NCBI RefSeq assembly: GCF_000743755.1
Contig: NW_014569442.1
Location: 1-32,759 of the forward strand
Length of the DNA stretch: 32,759 bases
DNA from: Blastocystis sp. subtype 4
Lineage: Eukaryota
Direction of reading: 5' to 3'
Shown here piece by piece: positions 1 through 10,631 of the stretch. Positions within the stretch are counted from its first letter, which is position 1, and each line of letters opens with the position of its first letter. A program made the position numbers and the translations under genes. The notes under the pieces were generated by a model. It ran no database searches and was not told the DNA's origin. It saw only the letters and a program-made list of their open reading frames with translations.

Positions 1-2310
1 AATGATACTAGTAACATTAGGAGAAAGAGAGAATGATTGATAGAGATAATAAGAAGATTCAGGTGAATAAGAGAATGAAGGAGGAGGAAGTAACACACAT
101 CGATCCATCAGAATCTCAGAGAATGTTCCATTGAAACAAATACGATATGTCTCACCTCCATATCCTTCAGGACAATTTGAGAGAGAAGATTCTTCACCAG
201 ATTCCACTCCCTCATATCCATCTTCAGAAGAACAAGGCGGATATACCAATGTAAGGAGAAACACAGTAGTCTGAGACCCTCCATCATTACTCTGTGTCAC
301 CGTAAACGACATCTCATTAACACTATCTACGGGTACACCACTTATCACACCATTTGTAGTGTTCAGAAACAAACCTTCAGGAAGAGAAGGTGTAATGGAA
401 AACTCAGAGTACATTGAGACATTCGAAGGAGTAAGAGACAAAGGCTCATACAACAAATACCTCTCATCCACACTATAACTGAATGGAGAAGGAGGGATCA
501 TTTCACAGAGGTCCATTTGGATCTCTGTAAAGGTTCCATTAAGACAGATTTGATAAGTATCACCTACGAATCCCATTGGACAATCATTTTCAAATATTTG
601 GCGAGCTCCATGATCAATCCTCTCACCAGATTCTGTCTCACAACCAAGGAAAGAACGAGTAACTGTGATAGGAATATAGTGATATCCCTCATCACCAAAG
701 ACACCTACATAGAAGGAAACATCGTGACCTGTAGGTAACACACACAGTTGACCTGTAGTTGCATTCAGTGTAATGTCTGCAATCGATGGCAAGGCTGTAT
801 ACCCACTCGAGAAGAGAGTAAATTGTGTAACCCCAGTAGTGGTGGAAGGGTTCACACAGACAGTATCCCACACATCTGTAAACACAGTCTGTGGATACAT
901 CACAGTCGTTTCAGATCTGAATACAGTCTTCATCTTAGGCTGTACCTCTCCAATCTTCACATTCATGGATGTGGTGCCTGTGTTCTTGAAAGTGAGAATG
1001 AAGCGACGATAAATGGCAAGAGGAACAATACGATAACACACTACAATACTTCCATCAGATTGAATTTCGGTTGATTCTTTCTCCTCTCGTGTGAACGATT
1101 GAATCTCCACAATATTTTGAATCTGATAAGAGATAGTAAAAACAGGAGTCAAATCGGTCTCTTCATTCAGGATATGGAAACAAAGTGAAGTTACTCCTTC
1201 AACAGAATCAAAAGGGAAAGCATAAATTAATGTGTTCTGAGCGTCAGGAAGAATCGTTACCGACCATGCAGTTGACACATCATAATCAAATACTGGATAG
1301 TTCCCTGTAACAGTCTGCTCTGTAGCCAAATACCGATACGTATTATCCATGAGAAGACGGACTGTACAATCAAAGAATATGGAAGATACACTCGCTGTCT
1401 GTTTGGATGTTACAAATACGGCCAACACATTCTGACCTTCAATAAGTAAATGACCAGGAACAGCAACTGTTTGCCATTCGCGACTCGAACCTGTAATACG
1501 ATAACTAGGAGAAGGCTCGGTATAAATGCGAATACTATTCAACATAATGATGAGAGGTGTTGCAGAACGAACACGGATATCAAGACCCGAAGTGAGTTGA
1601 GAAGAAGAAATGGAGAATGAATACCGAACAATCACATTATCAGTTTGAGCGATAGAACTAGGCCAAGTAGTTTGTTCAGTGAAGTCAGTTTCATTGACAT
1701 TGTATAATAACAAATTTGTGGAACTCGAAGAAGAAAAAGCCATTTTACATGGTTGATTTCCTTCAGCAAGGGGAGTAACTAAATACTTGAGATCCACTTT
1801 GATCTCAGAATTAATGGGTCCAGCATAAATGGTAACTTGGTCACCCCAGGAAGTAGCTCGAATTGAGATAAGAGAATTTCCAAAGCAGTTATTTGGCAAG
1901 TCTGTGTAGATACAAGGACGATTCACTAGGCGGCCGGAAATATGTAAAACGTAGGTGTCAGGGTGAACATCTATGTTAATCGAAGATGAACTCACACGTG
2001 AAGAATAAACAGTATCCGATGTTGAATTCACCAAAGTAAGTAATGTAAGATCATTTCCAGATAGTTTCTTTTCCGTTTGGAGTTTTTGAATTGCACTGAC
2101 ATAGAATGAAAGTTGCACAACAACTTCACTCTCTCCAGTGCGCAAAAGGGAAGAACTCGAAAGCCTCCTCATGGTATTTCCATCCACTTCTTCCTGTATA
2201 TATTCGCCTAATACCATACAGGAACTCATTACCACAAAACACAACAAGATCCTGATAGCTATGATGTTACGACCATCTTTTAGTGACTTACACTGATTAA
2301 TAAGTTTCAT
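1..2310 (-). CDS. Secreted/surface protein with putative Ig-like (He_PIG-type) and Cys-rich repeats; runs off window start
   Basis: Frame from ATG 2310 to base 1 with no stop in the stretches read (absent from the ORF track, consistent with no stop in the window). It has an N-terminal hydrophobic stretch, YSEFSITPSLPEGLFLNTTNGVISGVP, and two Cys units (CPMGFVGDTYQICLNGTF; CPEGYGGETYRICFNGTF). Confidence 0.8.
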   Translation of the reverse strand, partial: MKLINQCKSLKDGRNIIAIRILLCFVVMSSCMVLGEYIQEEVDGNTMRRLSSSSLLRTGESEVVVQLSFYVSAIQKLQTEKKLSGNDLTLLTLVNSTSDTVYSSRVSSSSINIDVHPDTYVLHISGRLVNRPCIYTDLPNNCFGNSLISIRATSWGDQVTIYAGPINSEIKVDLKYLVTPLAEGNQPCKMAFSSSSSTNLLLYNVNETDFTEQTTWPSSIAQTDNVIVRYSFSISSSQLTSGLDIRVRSATPLIIMLNSIRIYTEPSPSYRITGSSREWQTVAVPGHLLIEGQNVLAVFVTSKQTASVSSIFFDCTVRLLMDNTYRYLATEQTVTGNYPVFDYDVSTAWSVTILPDAQNTLIYAFPFDSVEGVTSLCFHILNEETDLTPVFTISYQIQNIVEIQSFTREEKESTEIQSDGSIVVCYRIVPLAIYRRFILTFKNTGTTSMNVKIGEVQPKMKTVFRSETTVMYPQTVFTDVWDTVCVNPSTTTGVTQFTLFSSGYTALPSIADITLNATTGQLCVLPTGHDVSFYVGVFGDEGYHYIPITVTRSFLGCETESGERIDHGARQIFENDCPMGFVGDTYQICLNGTFTEIQMDLCEMIPPSPFSYSVDERYLLYEPLSLTPSNVSMYSEFSITPSLPEGLFLNTTNGVISGVPVDSVNEMSFTVTQSNDGGSQTTVFLLTLVYPPCSSEDGYEGVESGEESSLSNCPEGYGGETYRICFNGTFSEILMDRCVLLPPPSFSYSPESSYYLYQSFSLSPNVTSII

Positions 2311-2806
2311 TTCTATCAACTTCTTGTATTTAAGAAGAACAAAGCCAACAAAACAAACACAAATCCCATCTATTTCAGTCATTCCGAGAATAGAAGTGAT
2401 ATTGGAGTTTAAGAAAAGACTCAGTTTATGGTTTCCAGCAAATTCTGATAAAACTAAGAGTACCTATTCTGTTCTATACTAGAATAGAGTATTATTCCAA
2501 CTGGATTTGCCTGTTTTCAATATAGAGAACCTGATGTCTCTCATATTGTTCTGGATCCATTACAAATAGCATAGCAGTAATTGTGAACGACATACTTCAC
2601 TATTCGTGACTTCTATGTCAATTAACTCAAATTGTTTACATGGATACTCCAAAAACAACATTCACAAATGAATAATTCTATTCCAGGTAATACAAACATC
2701 AAACTGTTACCTGTTGCCGAAACCTAAGGAGTTTCATCTTTAATGGTCCCCTCTTTTCCCGTGAAAGATGTCTTTTATCACAATTCTACGAACAACCGTC
2801 AATATA

Positions 2807-4630
2807 ATGGAGAACGATATACAGAAGCAACTTCCTGCTGATGTATTCGATGAAATCACTATTGCTGAGCAGCAACATGTCTTGAGTTACTTTTTGGATG
2901 GTGATTACTCCAAAGAAGACGTTGAGTTCTTTGTGAAACAAGTAAATTTTCAGAGTTTGGTTTAGGTGTAGTGTCGAAGCTTTGATCTTATCCGAGCGCG
3001 GAATCTTTACACGAATTCAATCCTCCATAATCGGATTATATCAAGAGTGTATAGTGAGATGAAGGAATCTCCAGAAGTATTATCTTCAACATTTGTGTTA
3101 TTTTTAGACCTTTACTGAGCTAAAAGACTTATCAGATGATATACGCCAAAAGTATCGGGATACTGGACTTGGCGTTCTAGCAGATGGCAAAATTGCATTA
3201 GTTCTACTTACTGGAGGTCAAGCAAGTCGTTTGCAAATCTCTAAAGTCAAAGGAAATGCAGATTTTGGACTTCCATCCCGTTTGATTTAGGTTGTTACTT
3301 TGATTAGTAGATTCTACCTTGTTTAAACGAATCTTTTACCACATTCGACATATCCAGGATGAAGTAAAAGCGTTTGCTGGAAAAGATGTTCAACTTCCTA
3401 TCTACGTGATGACGTCAGAATTTAATCGTCAAGACGTTGAAAACAATATCCATACTTCCTTTTCCGTTGTTGTACTCCTTAATCGTACTTTTCCTTGATA
3501 ATCGTTATTATGGTCTCGATAAGAATCAAATAACCTTCTTTCATCAGGGTTCTTTCCCATGTGTCGATTCAAATGGTGACTTTGTGATGCGAGAGAAACA
3601 TCGCGTTCGAGATGATAGGATTCCTGATATGTAGATTGCTCTCTCTCCAGATGGAAGTGGAGGACTCTTTTTAGCTCTTCATCGTAATCATATAATCGAT
3701 GAATGGGTTCGAAAGGGTATTTCTCGTATCCATGTATTTGGTATCGACAATGCATGTGAATTGGTACGAATAGATTAGTATTATCATTCGTAGCCAGGTG
3801 ATCCAGTGTTCCTTGGATATTCTGTCATTCATCAAACAGATGTATGCTTGAAGTGTGTGGAAAAATGTTGTCCAGAAGAACGACTCTCTGTACTTGCTCA
3901 ATATGCAGAGCGTCCTCTTCTTGCCATTCACAGTGAGATGAACTATCGACAGATCATTCACCGAGATGAAGACGGTGAATTGGTATTTCGTTATGGATTC
4001 ATTTTTGATTCCATTTTCACTTTGGATTTCATCTCTCAACAATGTCGAGAATCGTCATTACCTCTATAGTAGATATCTAAATCACTGGTCATGTATAGTT
4101 GTCATGTAGTAAAGAAAGCTATTCCTTATTATGATTCCATTCTCAATAGAACTATTAAGCCTATCACTCCTAATGCATATAAGATGGAATACTATCTCTC
4201 TGATGTTTTCCCGAATGCAACGAACCTTAAGGCGTTGGTTGTTTCAAGAGATGAATTTGCCCCACTAAAGAATCCCACAGGAAAACCTATTGCTTCTCCA
4301 GAGAAGGTGGTTGAACATGTTACCAATCAGCATCTCCGTTTCTTGCTTCGAGCTGGAGCTATTCTCGAAGGAGTAACGGAAGAAGACACTGGTCAGGTGG
4401 AGATTTCACCTTTGGTATCAGCTCATGGTGAAGGACTGGAACCATTTTCGGGAGTTCAGGTGAAACTTCCTTGTTGTGTATTGGATGAAAGTGAAGTGGA
4501 CTTGAGAATGATCAAGAGTGAACCAATTAATGAAAGACTACATTTGTTGAATGATCGAAATGGTGACTATTATCAATACGTTCTTTTAAGAGTTTCTCTT
4601 CTCTTCCATGTTTCCTTACAAACATCATAA
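2807..4630 (+). CDS. UDP-N-acetylhexosamine pyrophosphorylase (UAP1/AGX)-like protein, divergent; 7 introns incl. one AT-AC
   Basis: Spliced product contains LLTGGQASRL..VKG, GLPS, IYVMTS, QGSFPC, PDGSGG, DPVFLG, KMEYYLSDVF, EFAPLKN and EISPLVS. Alternative start at 2768; exact 3' end uncertain. Confidence 0.85.
3446..3488 (+). other. U12-type AT-AC intron, 43 nt
   Basis: ATATCCAT...TCCTTAAT-CGTAC. Removal restores the frame (QDVEN-I-FLDNRYYG). Confidence 0.9.
4617..4624 (-). terminator. GU-rich polyadenylation element (TGTTTGTA)
   Basis: Lies exactly 4 nt downstream of the in-frame T at 4629 that follows the last GOS1 codon. Confidence 0.7.
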
Positions 4631-5558
4631 TGGAAAGCGTACCAGATACAAAAACAGATACAAAAAGCGATAAACGACGCAACAATGATACTAGAGATGA
4701 TGCTGACTACCAATCCTCACTTATCTCGGTTCTTTTTGTCTTTTACTTTTTGCATCAAATTGTTAACAAGAGGAAAACGGGTTATCATTCCTGTCATACG
4801 TCCACTGCTTATTTCCAATCGTTTCCGTTGATTGATAAGTTGGGAGTGCGTTTCTGAAGCTTGACTAAACGTGAATTTAAAGAATCGAACTCACTTCAAA
4901 TACTCATCAGCCATTATCACTGAATTGTGAGCTGCTCCTCTCTCTTTCAATAATGCTTGCATTTCTGTTTCGTCGGGTGTCATTCTAGAATCAATACTGG
5001 AGACTACTCTTACTCATGAATTGATCCAGGGTACAGAAGACGAACTCGATCCAATTTCATTTGTAGATTGTTCTATTTATTTTTCATTCCTAAGAATATT
5101 ACATCCATTCGTATGAAATCCTTCTTAAAATCTCGTAAAACAGACCGCTGTCTCTACATATCAAGTAAAATGTCCGAACACACTTCCACAATAGATTTGT
5201 ATGTTGAATTACCACTTGCATCTCCAAGACGTTGCAATTCTTCGAGAGCATTAGCATACTACAAGTAAATCAGTTCAGCTTATTTAACATTCTTCAGAAG
5301 ATTGTTAATTGTCTGTTTGATGTCGTCTCCACGATCAGCTTGTGCTTCTAACCTTTATCCCAACCGCAATCCGTTACCAATATCAGAATTCGAATGATCT
5401 ATATCTCTAATAAATGAACTGAAAACCTGGAGTTTTGTCTATTTATCTTCACCATCTAGAAGATGTACTTGAATTCCGTTTTCAAGGATACGGATTCCCG
5501 AAAGAGTCGATTCCCACTACATATCACACATTGGATGACGGATATCTACAGAGGCCAT
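4629..5558 (-). CDS. GOS1: Golgi SNAP receptor complex member 1 (Gos1/GS28-like Qb-SNARE); 9 introns; stop predicted to be made by poly(A)
   Basis: MASWESTLSGIRILENGIQTKLQVFS...RFPLVNNLMQKVKDKKNRDN followed by C-terminal TM IIVASFIAFCICFCIWYAFH. Introns are 29-33 nt GT-AG. Confidence 0.88.
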
Positions 5559-6030
5559 ATGAGAAATGAGAAAGAAAAGAGGACTGAAAATTCTGGGGAT
5601 CCCATCCAATTTCTAGTTTTCGCATCTACTTCTTCGCTGAAGCAGAATATATTATTTAGGATTCGTTGGACAAGAACTTGTTGATTTATCCCATATTCTT
5701 GAACCGTCATTCGTACTAGGCTCATTCACTTTTGATCAATGTTTATATTAGATTATAACCCACACAGGGGAGAAAGAACAAGGTATTGTTGGTTCTAGTA
5801 TCCGTATAGTGATTCTTGATTATCAAAGAGGTTCATCGTAAAACTGCTAGTTTGTGGAAAGACAATAATTGCTTTCTCAGAAGGTCATACTCGTTCTACC
5901 AGCTTCAAGGCTCTTATTCCTGGATATTACCTAATTTTTCCCCTCGTTTGCACAGTATCAGCGAATTGACGTCTAGGAGTTTGAAACCCCTTCGAGTTGA
6001 TACCGAACTACCGCCCGACTATCCCCTGCT

Positions 6031-6754
6031 ATGTTCACCTCTCCCGCCTCTTCATTCTTTCTGGACGATTGCTCCACTCAATCATTAATATGCATCCTTT
6101 CCTGCATTTTGGAAGGTGTTGTGAAGCGTCAGGATCAGGTAAAGGTTCTAGAAGGGAGTGACTCATAGTTGCATCCGCTTTCCTGCATTTCTCGTTTCAC
6201 CGCCCTTCATAAACCAGCAATAGACATTCAGGATTACATTGAACGGTGAGTGAAGGAGGGGAAAGGTGATTTTTAGTATATATACATACACTTTATGTAG
6301 TCCTGAGTGTCTTGTTCTATCTCTTGTCTATATTGATCGCTTAATTCAGAGTCAGACTGTTGTGGTGAACTCGTTGTCTATTCATCGAGTACTCATAACA
6401 AGGTTTTGGTATTGCCTTTGTCTCATTGTTAGTATTATGATTGCTGCTAAATTCTTTGATGATTCTTTCTTTAAGAACGAGTTCTATGCTCGTGTGGGTG
6501 GAATTGACACTAGTGAATTGAATATGCTCGAACAAGAATATCTCTGTTCGATTAATTTCTCACTGGTGGTGTCACCTGAGGATTATCAACAGTATCACAA
6601 CGAATTGTACAAGCATACTGTGAATGATATGTGCTCTTGCTGCTGCGGTTTAATGATTCCATTTCTGAAAGCATGTCCAGAGTCTCCTAATATCTTAATC
6701 TATGAGTATCCAAAACAGGTCATTCCAGACTCTCCTTGCAATGTTGTATATTAG
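6031..6754 (+). CDS. Cyclin, Pho80/cyclin-P(U) family; 3 introns
   Basis: KPAIDIQDYIERI, CLVLSLVYIDRL, SIHRVLIT, AAKFFDD..FKNEFYARVGGI, ELNMLE. Confidence 0.9.
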
Positions 6755-6811
6755 CTATGGTTTGCTCTAAGTATATGTACTATTGTCATGTTTATTGAAA
6801 ACATATATCAG

Positions 6812-7661
6812 CTATTTACCACAGCAACTTTTCTTTTTTGCAGGTTGCGATTCCAAAGATCTACATGAAACACACTCTTTATCCCATACACCTTATCACT
6901 AAGATTATTTTTCACTTCTACTAACTGGAAGCCACTGGGTTTATTTGTCTCCATATACTCTTTTACTAGAAGTGCTAGAAGTGAAGCAATCTAACTAACC
7001 AAACCAATCCGAGTAAAAACATCCGAAACACCAGCACCAGAAAGGGCACTTGTTTCGACATACATGAGATTCTCCTCTTTACAGAATTTATCAATATCCT
7101 ATGTTTGAGTACATTGCCAAAGAGCAACTTCTTTGGGGACACAACGATCCTGTACCATATCACACTTGTTTCCAGCAATAATAATAACTAGAGATAAAAG
7201 CACTGATTCAAGGATACTGATATTTTCGTCAGCACATTTTCGAATACTATCTAACCAATCAGCTTTAACAGCATCAAATGTGGACTAAAGATGATTAGTT
7301 TCTCTGATAAGATCATACTCTTTGTGTCAGATCGAACACAATAACAGCAGCGGCAGCACCACGATAATACAATTGATTAATGCTTCTGTAGCGTTCTATT
7401 CGTTACAACACTCACCCTAGGAGTTACCCTGTCCAGCAGTGTCCCATATATCAAATTTAACAGTGAGTTTGTCATCTACAACAAGGGTCTTTGTAAAATA
7501 GGCAACTATTCGATTCATCACAATTTCAAGACTGTACCTCCAACACTGGCAATATGATTCTTTGTAAATTTGTCATCAACAAAGCGAGATGCCAACGAAG
7601 TTTTCCCCACAGCGATATCTCCTACAATCACCATCTTCCCCTTGAAAACATAAGATGACAT
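6812..7661 (-). CDS. Rab GTPase, Rab5/Rab22-like; 7 introns
   Basis: GDIAVGKTS, VKFDIWDTAGQERYRS, YYRGAAAAVIVFD, GNKCD, ETSAL, C-terminal KKKSCCGK*. Confidence 0.92.
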
Positions 7662-7752
7662 AGTTAAATTGCTTCTACAAACAAAGATTCTTTAATAGTT
7701 CCCAATCGATTAAAAAACGGGGATTTTAGATTCCTAGCAGCACAAGCAAGTT

Positions 7753-9111
7753 TCAATCCCTTAAAGCAGGTGCTGGCCGGATGACTTCTACATGGAAAGG
7801 ACGATTACTTCTCTCGAATATGTTACACTCCTCATTTCCCATAACATCAACATAATCAAAAGTAGCAACCGATGAGTTCCTATTGCTTTGTAAAGCAGCT
7901 GCCAGTTGGCCGTAAGAACTCTCGAAGGTTACCAATAATTGATCAGATCGCTGAAGAATCAGCAAGTCCACAATCGCTCGTTGCATGTGGACTATAGCAT
8001 TTGACATAGAACCATAGTTCTTTTTAGGAGCCGAGTGACCAAGTTCAAATTCTGTTGTTGTAACCAGGGATCTTCCATATTTCCTCTTGAACAGCGAAAT
8101 CACATTTTTATTATCAGTAGAGAGGAAGATATACACTTCTGACAAAGAAAGAAACTCTTCTTGTAAGATCTTGTCAATAGCCTCATAGTATAATGGAATA
8201 TCTTCCATTGTCAAAAATTGCTTATCTGTATAATGTTCCTGCTTACCGCCGATCCGAACTTGAACCCCAATCATGAAGCGAGTAAGAAGGGTTTTCAAAT
8301 GAGACTGAATGATACCGCACAAAGGCGGACGAGGATACATTACTATTTCATAGAGAAGATTCACAACCCCTTGGAGCATGGGCTGCTGTTCTGGAGAAAG
8401 ATGATATTGTTTCCAAACATCACTGTAGTAACGATTCTGGAAGAAATTAGCTGTAGTATTAGTAAAGCAATCAATCTCCAAAGCTGCCTTGTGAGTCAAT
8501 TTGTTCAGATGGTTTCGACGAATATCGCGTCCTTGACGAAGCGTAGAGTACATAAAATAGAACTCGATCTGACTAAAAGGAATGTCAAGGAGACTGTACC
8601 GCATGTTAGGAAGTGCATCAAAGAAGTGGTTAGAGTACAATGGAAATGATTTCACTACACATAAAAAGGGAACAACAGAACCACTCTGAATGCCACGGTT
8701 AGTGGCTAAAGCAGCTATAATACTCGATACTAGTCCAATTATCACATTTCCCAAACCTGATTCTGCATTCACACTGTAGATAATCACTTGATGAGTCGAA
8801 GAAATATTCATCTGGTGTTGGTACATAGACTCGAGCATCTTATAAAAGAGAACATCTTGTTCATTAGTTTTGTTCAGTTCCCCTCGTTTCCGAATACTGG
8901 TTTGCTGTGACGAATGAAATCGGAATTTACTCCGATATATTCTGTGATAAAAGATGTCTTTGTCACTTCCAACAATTGTTTTCGATGTAAGATTGCCCGA
9001 ATAAATATCTGTGTATTGAAGGAATCCAATAAGAACGAAACAAAGGAGAATCTACTTCATGACACAAGAACACCAAGTTACTACACGGAATACAGATATC
9101 CTATTCTCCAT
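7753..9111 (-). CDS. Type II membrane GT-B glycosyltransferase, fucosyltransferase-like (GT23/GT37-type motifs)
   Basis: N-terminal TM after a 30-nt intron; GLGN, IGVQVRIG, IFLSTD, AIVDLLIL and SSYG motifs. The long ORF probably reads through in-frame 30-nt introns. Confidence 0.75.
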
Positions 9112-9144
9112 GTTCAAAACCAATCGAATCAATCAAATTGCTTG

Positions 9145-9152
9145 CACAAACA
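9145..9152 (-). terminator. GU-rich polyadenylation element (TGTTTGTG)
   Basis: ATG TA|TTTC|TGTTTGTG: 4 nt after the TA that follows the DDFM codons. Confidence 0.8.
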
Positions 9153-9156
9153 GAAA

Positions 9157-10065
9157 TACATGAAATCATCATCATAACCTGCGTAATCCTCGTCATCCAT
9201 CTGATCTTGCCAAGTATCATTTGATACCTTCAGGCTGATGGTTGTCTTGCCCTTCTTCTTGCCCTTCTTTGTTCCAATCTTCTCTTCCTTCTTTCTTTCC
9301 TCCTTCAACACGTTGCATGTTGTGGAAAGTTTTGCGAAATCATCACTGTTCAACTTGCCTCCACACTACCCATGAAATACCATATACAGTAGTACCTGAC
9401 GAAGACAGCACTGTAAGAACTCCAAAGTATTGGTTGCATTGCCAATTTCAAGCATTCTCTTGCCTAGTTTATATGCCAATTGCTGATAGTCTGTAATCTC
9501 TTTAAGGGGAATCATATTCACTCCCTTCTCGGTTTCACTGATGAATGCTACGAATGAAAGCCTAAATACACAGATACAGTCATCAGCCTTTCCACCGAAC
9601 ATCTCTTCCAGAATCTTGGCATCTGCGTTTTCCGAGATTTTCTTCAGACGCTCCTTTTCGGCAATGGGATCATCAAGAGGATGGTCCATTATATCGTCAT
9701 GCTGAACACCTTTATTCTCGTCATACTTCTTCGCCTGGACATAAAGTCATTTTAAAGGTACCTTACAGGACCCTTATCCGCAGCCTTCGCTTTCATTCGA
9801 TCCTCCACACGGATTTTCTCTTCCTCCGTCACCTTTCCTTCTCCATGACAAATAGGACACTGTAGTTAAAGAATCCGAAGAAAAGAATCGCAACAATAGG
9901 ATATCTCCACTCGTTTGTCTATGACTGCATTATTATCAAAAAGCATCGTAGCTTCTGCTTCCCAGTTGTCAGCAACATCTTGATTAGCAACTTCTGCTTC
10001 CCAGTCATCAGCGACATTATCTTCTATTTCATCAAGAAACCCAGCTCCTAGATACCCCAAGACAT
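9157..10065 (-). CDS. EIF3J: Translation initiation factor eIF3 subunit J; stop predicted to be made by poly(A)
   Basis: Acidic N-terminus MSWEDNVADDWE..DNWE, DPIAEKERLKK..ENAD..EEMFG, Lys-rich KKGKKKGK, and family C-terminus YDDDFM. Confidence 0.9.
9860..9904 (-). other. U12-type intron, 45 nt, apparent AT-AG termini
   Basis: ATATCCTA...TTCTTTAAC-TACAG. Only the AG end restores the frame (KRVE|CPICHGEGK). Confidence 0.75.
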
Positions 10066-10631
10066 GATGGATGTAGAATCGGATTGGTACAAGGCCTTTT
10101 TCTGATTGGGAAAAGGAATCACGGGAATGTGATAATAAGAACTCATTCCAAAGTGGTCGTGTATCATATTCTATGCAACAGCTCAACCTATAATACATAG
10201 TGAATGACTTCGGTTTGTCGAATCTGACAACATCAGACTTGGATTATCTTTCTTATTTGTCTATCGGCTATCCAGGGTGTATCTACATTTGCTGTATTGA
10301 AAACTGTCGAGTATAGGTCTGGTGAAATAGAGGCATATTCTCCCCTTTAGCGTCTTTGCATTTATTAATAAAAGTACCATAGATTGGGATGGTTATTCTG
10401 TAAAGAAAAAAGATTCACATCACTTGGTGTCTACTTGTTGATAGATGTTTGTATCATTAATGAACTATTAAACACCACAATAGATCTCTCCATAAATGGA
10501 ATAGCTCTTTGGAAGGAAACAAGAAATGCCAATTATCCCTCATTTATTGATTGTACGACTCTTATTGCAATTTGAATAGGATCGAACTGTACCGTTTTAT
10601 ATTCGTTCTTAGCATTTTACGCAAGAATAAA

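Noticed and set aside
5517..5549. ATATCCGT inside the first GOS1 intron as a U12 donor
   Set aside because: No U12 branch motif; the GT-AG model gives the correct frame.
10070..10630. Possible small gene or snRNA in a long intergenic gap
   Set aside because: No consistent spliced ORF and no recognisable U11/U12/U6atac or snoRNA motifs by eye; needs Infernal and RNA-seq.
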